Shown: piece after piece, positions 14,737 to 16,564 of the stretch
How positions within the stretch are numbered: the stretch's first letter is position 1
Layout of the letters: every line of letters starts with the position of its first letter
Assembly: GCA_046262595.1 (NCBI GenBank)
Contig: JBHEMM010000006.1
Span: 13,085-29,648 of the forward strand
DNA: 16,564 nt
Direction: 5' to 3'
From: Vulcanimicrobiaceae bacterium
Lineage (GTDB): Bacteria > Vulcanimicrobiota > Vulcanimicrobiia > Vulcanimicrobiales > Vulcanimicrobiaceae
The notes under the pieces: model-generated
Databases searched by the model: none
What the model was told of the DNA's origin: nothing
Seen by the model: only the letters and a program-made list of their open reading frames with translations
Translations under genes and position numbers: made by a program

Positions 14737-16564
14737 CCATCGAAACGCTCGACGAATCCGCGACAACGCTCGAGACCGTCCTCAAGCGCACGTTCGGCTT
14801 CGATTCTTTCCGGCCGCTGCAGCGCGAGATAGCGCAAGCGTCGCTGCAAGGCAACGACGTGCTTGCGCTGCTCCCCACCGGCGGCGGGAAGTCGCTGTGC
14901 TATCAGCTTCCCGCGCTGCTCGAACCGGGTTTGACCCTCGTCATCTCGCCGCTCATCGCGCTCATGAAAGATCAAGTGGACGCGCTGCGGGCAAACGGCG
15001 TCGCCGCGACGTTTTTGAACAGCTCGCTGGATGCCCAGACGGCGGCGCAGCGGATTCACGAGTTGGACGCGGGCGCATACCGGCTGCTTTACGTCGCGCC
15101 GGAGCGCATCGTGCTGCCCGCGTTTTATGCTTCGCTTGCGCGCTGGAATATTCAGCGCATCGCGGTTGATGAAGCCCACTGCGTGAGCGAGTGGGGACAC
15201 GATTTCCGCCCGGAGTACCGCCGCATCGCCTCGCTGCGCGAGCGTTATCCCAAGGTGCCGATCCTGGCGCTCACCGCGACTGCGACGGATCGCGTTCGCG
15301 CCGATATCGAGCGTTTTCTGCAACTGCGCGCGCCGCAGCGTTTTATCGCCGGTTTCAACCGTCCCAATCTGCGCTACAGCGTCTACGAAAAGCGGGACGC
15401 GTACAAACAGTTGCTCGAGTTCTGCACGCAGCGCGCTGCGGAAAGCGGCATCGTGTACGTGCAGAGCCGCAAAGCGGCCGAAGATCTGGCGCAGCGGCTT
15501 TCGGCCGCCGGCATTTCCGCGCGGCCGTACCACGCAGGGCTCACGCCGGGCGAGCGCACGCGCAATCAAGACCTCTTTATCCGCGACGAGATTCGCGTGG
15601 TCTGCGCGACGATTGCCTTCGGCATGGGCATCGACAAGCCCAATGTGCGGTACGTCGTGCACTACGATATTCCGAAAAACGTCGAGGGCTATTACCAGGA
15701 AACCGGCCGCGCCGGGCGCGATGGCTTGCCGAGCGACTGCGCGCTCTTCTTCAGCGGCGGCGATGCGGCCAAGCAGCGCCACTTCATCCGTCAGATCCAA
15801 GATCCGCAGGAACGCGCGCAAGCCGAGCATCTGCTGCGCAGCATGCTCGATTTTGCGGCGGCGGGCGACTGCCGGCGCGCCCACCTGCTGCGCTACTTCG
15901 GCGAAACGTGGGGCGAGGACGGCTGTGCCAACTGCGATAATTGCCTTACACCGCCCGAACGCATGGACGGCACGGTGGCCGCCCGCAAGTTTCTCTCATG
16001 CGTGTACCGCATCCGGCAAAGCGGCGGTTTCGCGACGGGCTCGCATCACGTCATCGACGTGCTGCTCGGCGAGCGGACGGAAAAAGTACAAGCCTGGCGG
16101 CACGATATGCTCTCCACGTTCGGCATTGGCGCGGAGCTCGCGAAAACGGAGTGGATGGCCGTGGTATCGGAGTTGCTGCGCTGCGGCTGCGTCGAGCAAG
16201 AGCCCGAGCACCGCACCATCTCGCTGACGGCGGAGGGCATGCAAGCCATCAAAGACGGCAGGGCGTTCGCGTTTTTGAAGCCGCGCGCGATCCACGGTGC
16301 TAAGAAGACGCGCAAGGGCAAGCGCGATACCGCAACGCTTTCGTACGAGGGCGGCCTGTTCGAAGCGCTGCGCACGGTGCGCAAACGGCTGGCTGACGAA
16401 CACCGCGTGCCGCCGTACGTGATTTTTTCCGACGCAACGTTACGAGAAATGACGGCACGAAAGCCGGCCTCGCAGTCCGCGTTCTTATCGATCTCCGGCG
16501 TAGGCGACGTGAAGCTCGCACGCTTCGGCGAGGTCTTTATGGCGGCGATTGCCCAGCATAGGCC
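14655..16564 (+). CDS. recQ: ATP-dependent DNA helicase RecQ, 3'-partial, start uncertain (homology begins about 14770)
   Basis: Manual translation is open to the window end: FGFDSFRPLQ, LPTGGGKSLCYQLP, DEAHCVSEWGHDFRPEY, ALTATA, ATIAFGMGIDK, YYQETGRAGRDG, Zn site CRR...CANCDNC, winged helix and HRDC (VPPYVIFSDATL). Confidence 0.96.
   Translation, partial: MLYGLGRSAFHQRHDAGCRRRPFGHSVAIETLDESATTLETVLKRTFGFDSFRPLQREIAQASLQGNDVLALLPTGGGKSLCYQLPALLEPGLTLVISPLIALMKDQVDALRANGVAATFLNSSLDAQTAAQRIHELDAGAYRLLYVAPERIVLPAFYASLARWNIQRIAVDEAHCVSEWGHDFRPEYRRIASLRERYPKVPILALTATATDRVRADIERFLQLRAPQRFIAGFNRPNLRYSVYEKRDAYKQLLEFCTQRAAESGIVYVQSRKAAEDLAQRLSAAGISARPYHAGLTPGERTRNQDLFIRDEIRVVCATIAFGMGIDKPNVRYVVHYDIPKNVEGYYQETGRAGRDGLPSDCALFFSGGDAAKQRHFIRQIQDPQERAQAEHLLRSMLDFAAAGDCRRAHLLRYFGETWGEDGCANCDNCLTPPERMDGTVAARKFLSCVYRIRQSGGFATGSHHVIDVLLGERTEKVQAWRHDMLSTFGIGAELAKTEWMAVVSELLRCGCVEQEPEHRTISLTAEGMQAIKDGRAFAFLKPRAIHGAKKTRKGKRDTATLSYEGGLFEALRTVRKRLADEHRVPPYVIFSDATLREMTARKPASQSAFLSISGVGDVKLARFGEVFMAAIAQHR

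Noticed and set aside
14457..15884. 475-aa minus-strand ORF
   Set aside because: It is an antisense shadow of recQ and the SDR, common in GC-rich DNA, with no motifs.

Overview
GC-rich bacterial chromosomal segment, probably a metagenomic contig. The gene style suggests Eremiobacterota/Vulcanimicrobiota, but that is inference only. Left to right: ketopantoate reductase (panE-like, minus strand, apparently with a chimeric left end), tRNA-Cys(GCA), tRNA-Gly(CCC), DUF4239-, DUF1345- and DUF5069-like genes, a dienelactone hydrolase, an orphan amino-acid-binding protein, a hemE-hemH-hemY operon, a secreted glycine-rich protein, arsR with decayed aquaporin and arsC remnants, DoxX, tRNA-Phe(GAA), TonB, solA, a small ORF, a 705-aa GH1 glycosidase, an SDR and a 3'-truncated recQ. 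The most striking feature is the GH1 enzyme (11827-13944, minus). It keeps both catalytic glutamates but carries a complete, circularly permuted amino-acid substrate-binding domain inserted in the TIM barrel, making it a candidate natural ligand-gated glycosidase. Other oddities are a perfect 22-bp inverted repeat copying the arsR 5' coding sequence, an apparent 9-codon deletion in solA, and an unclear recQ start.
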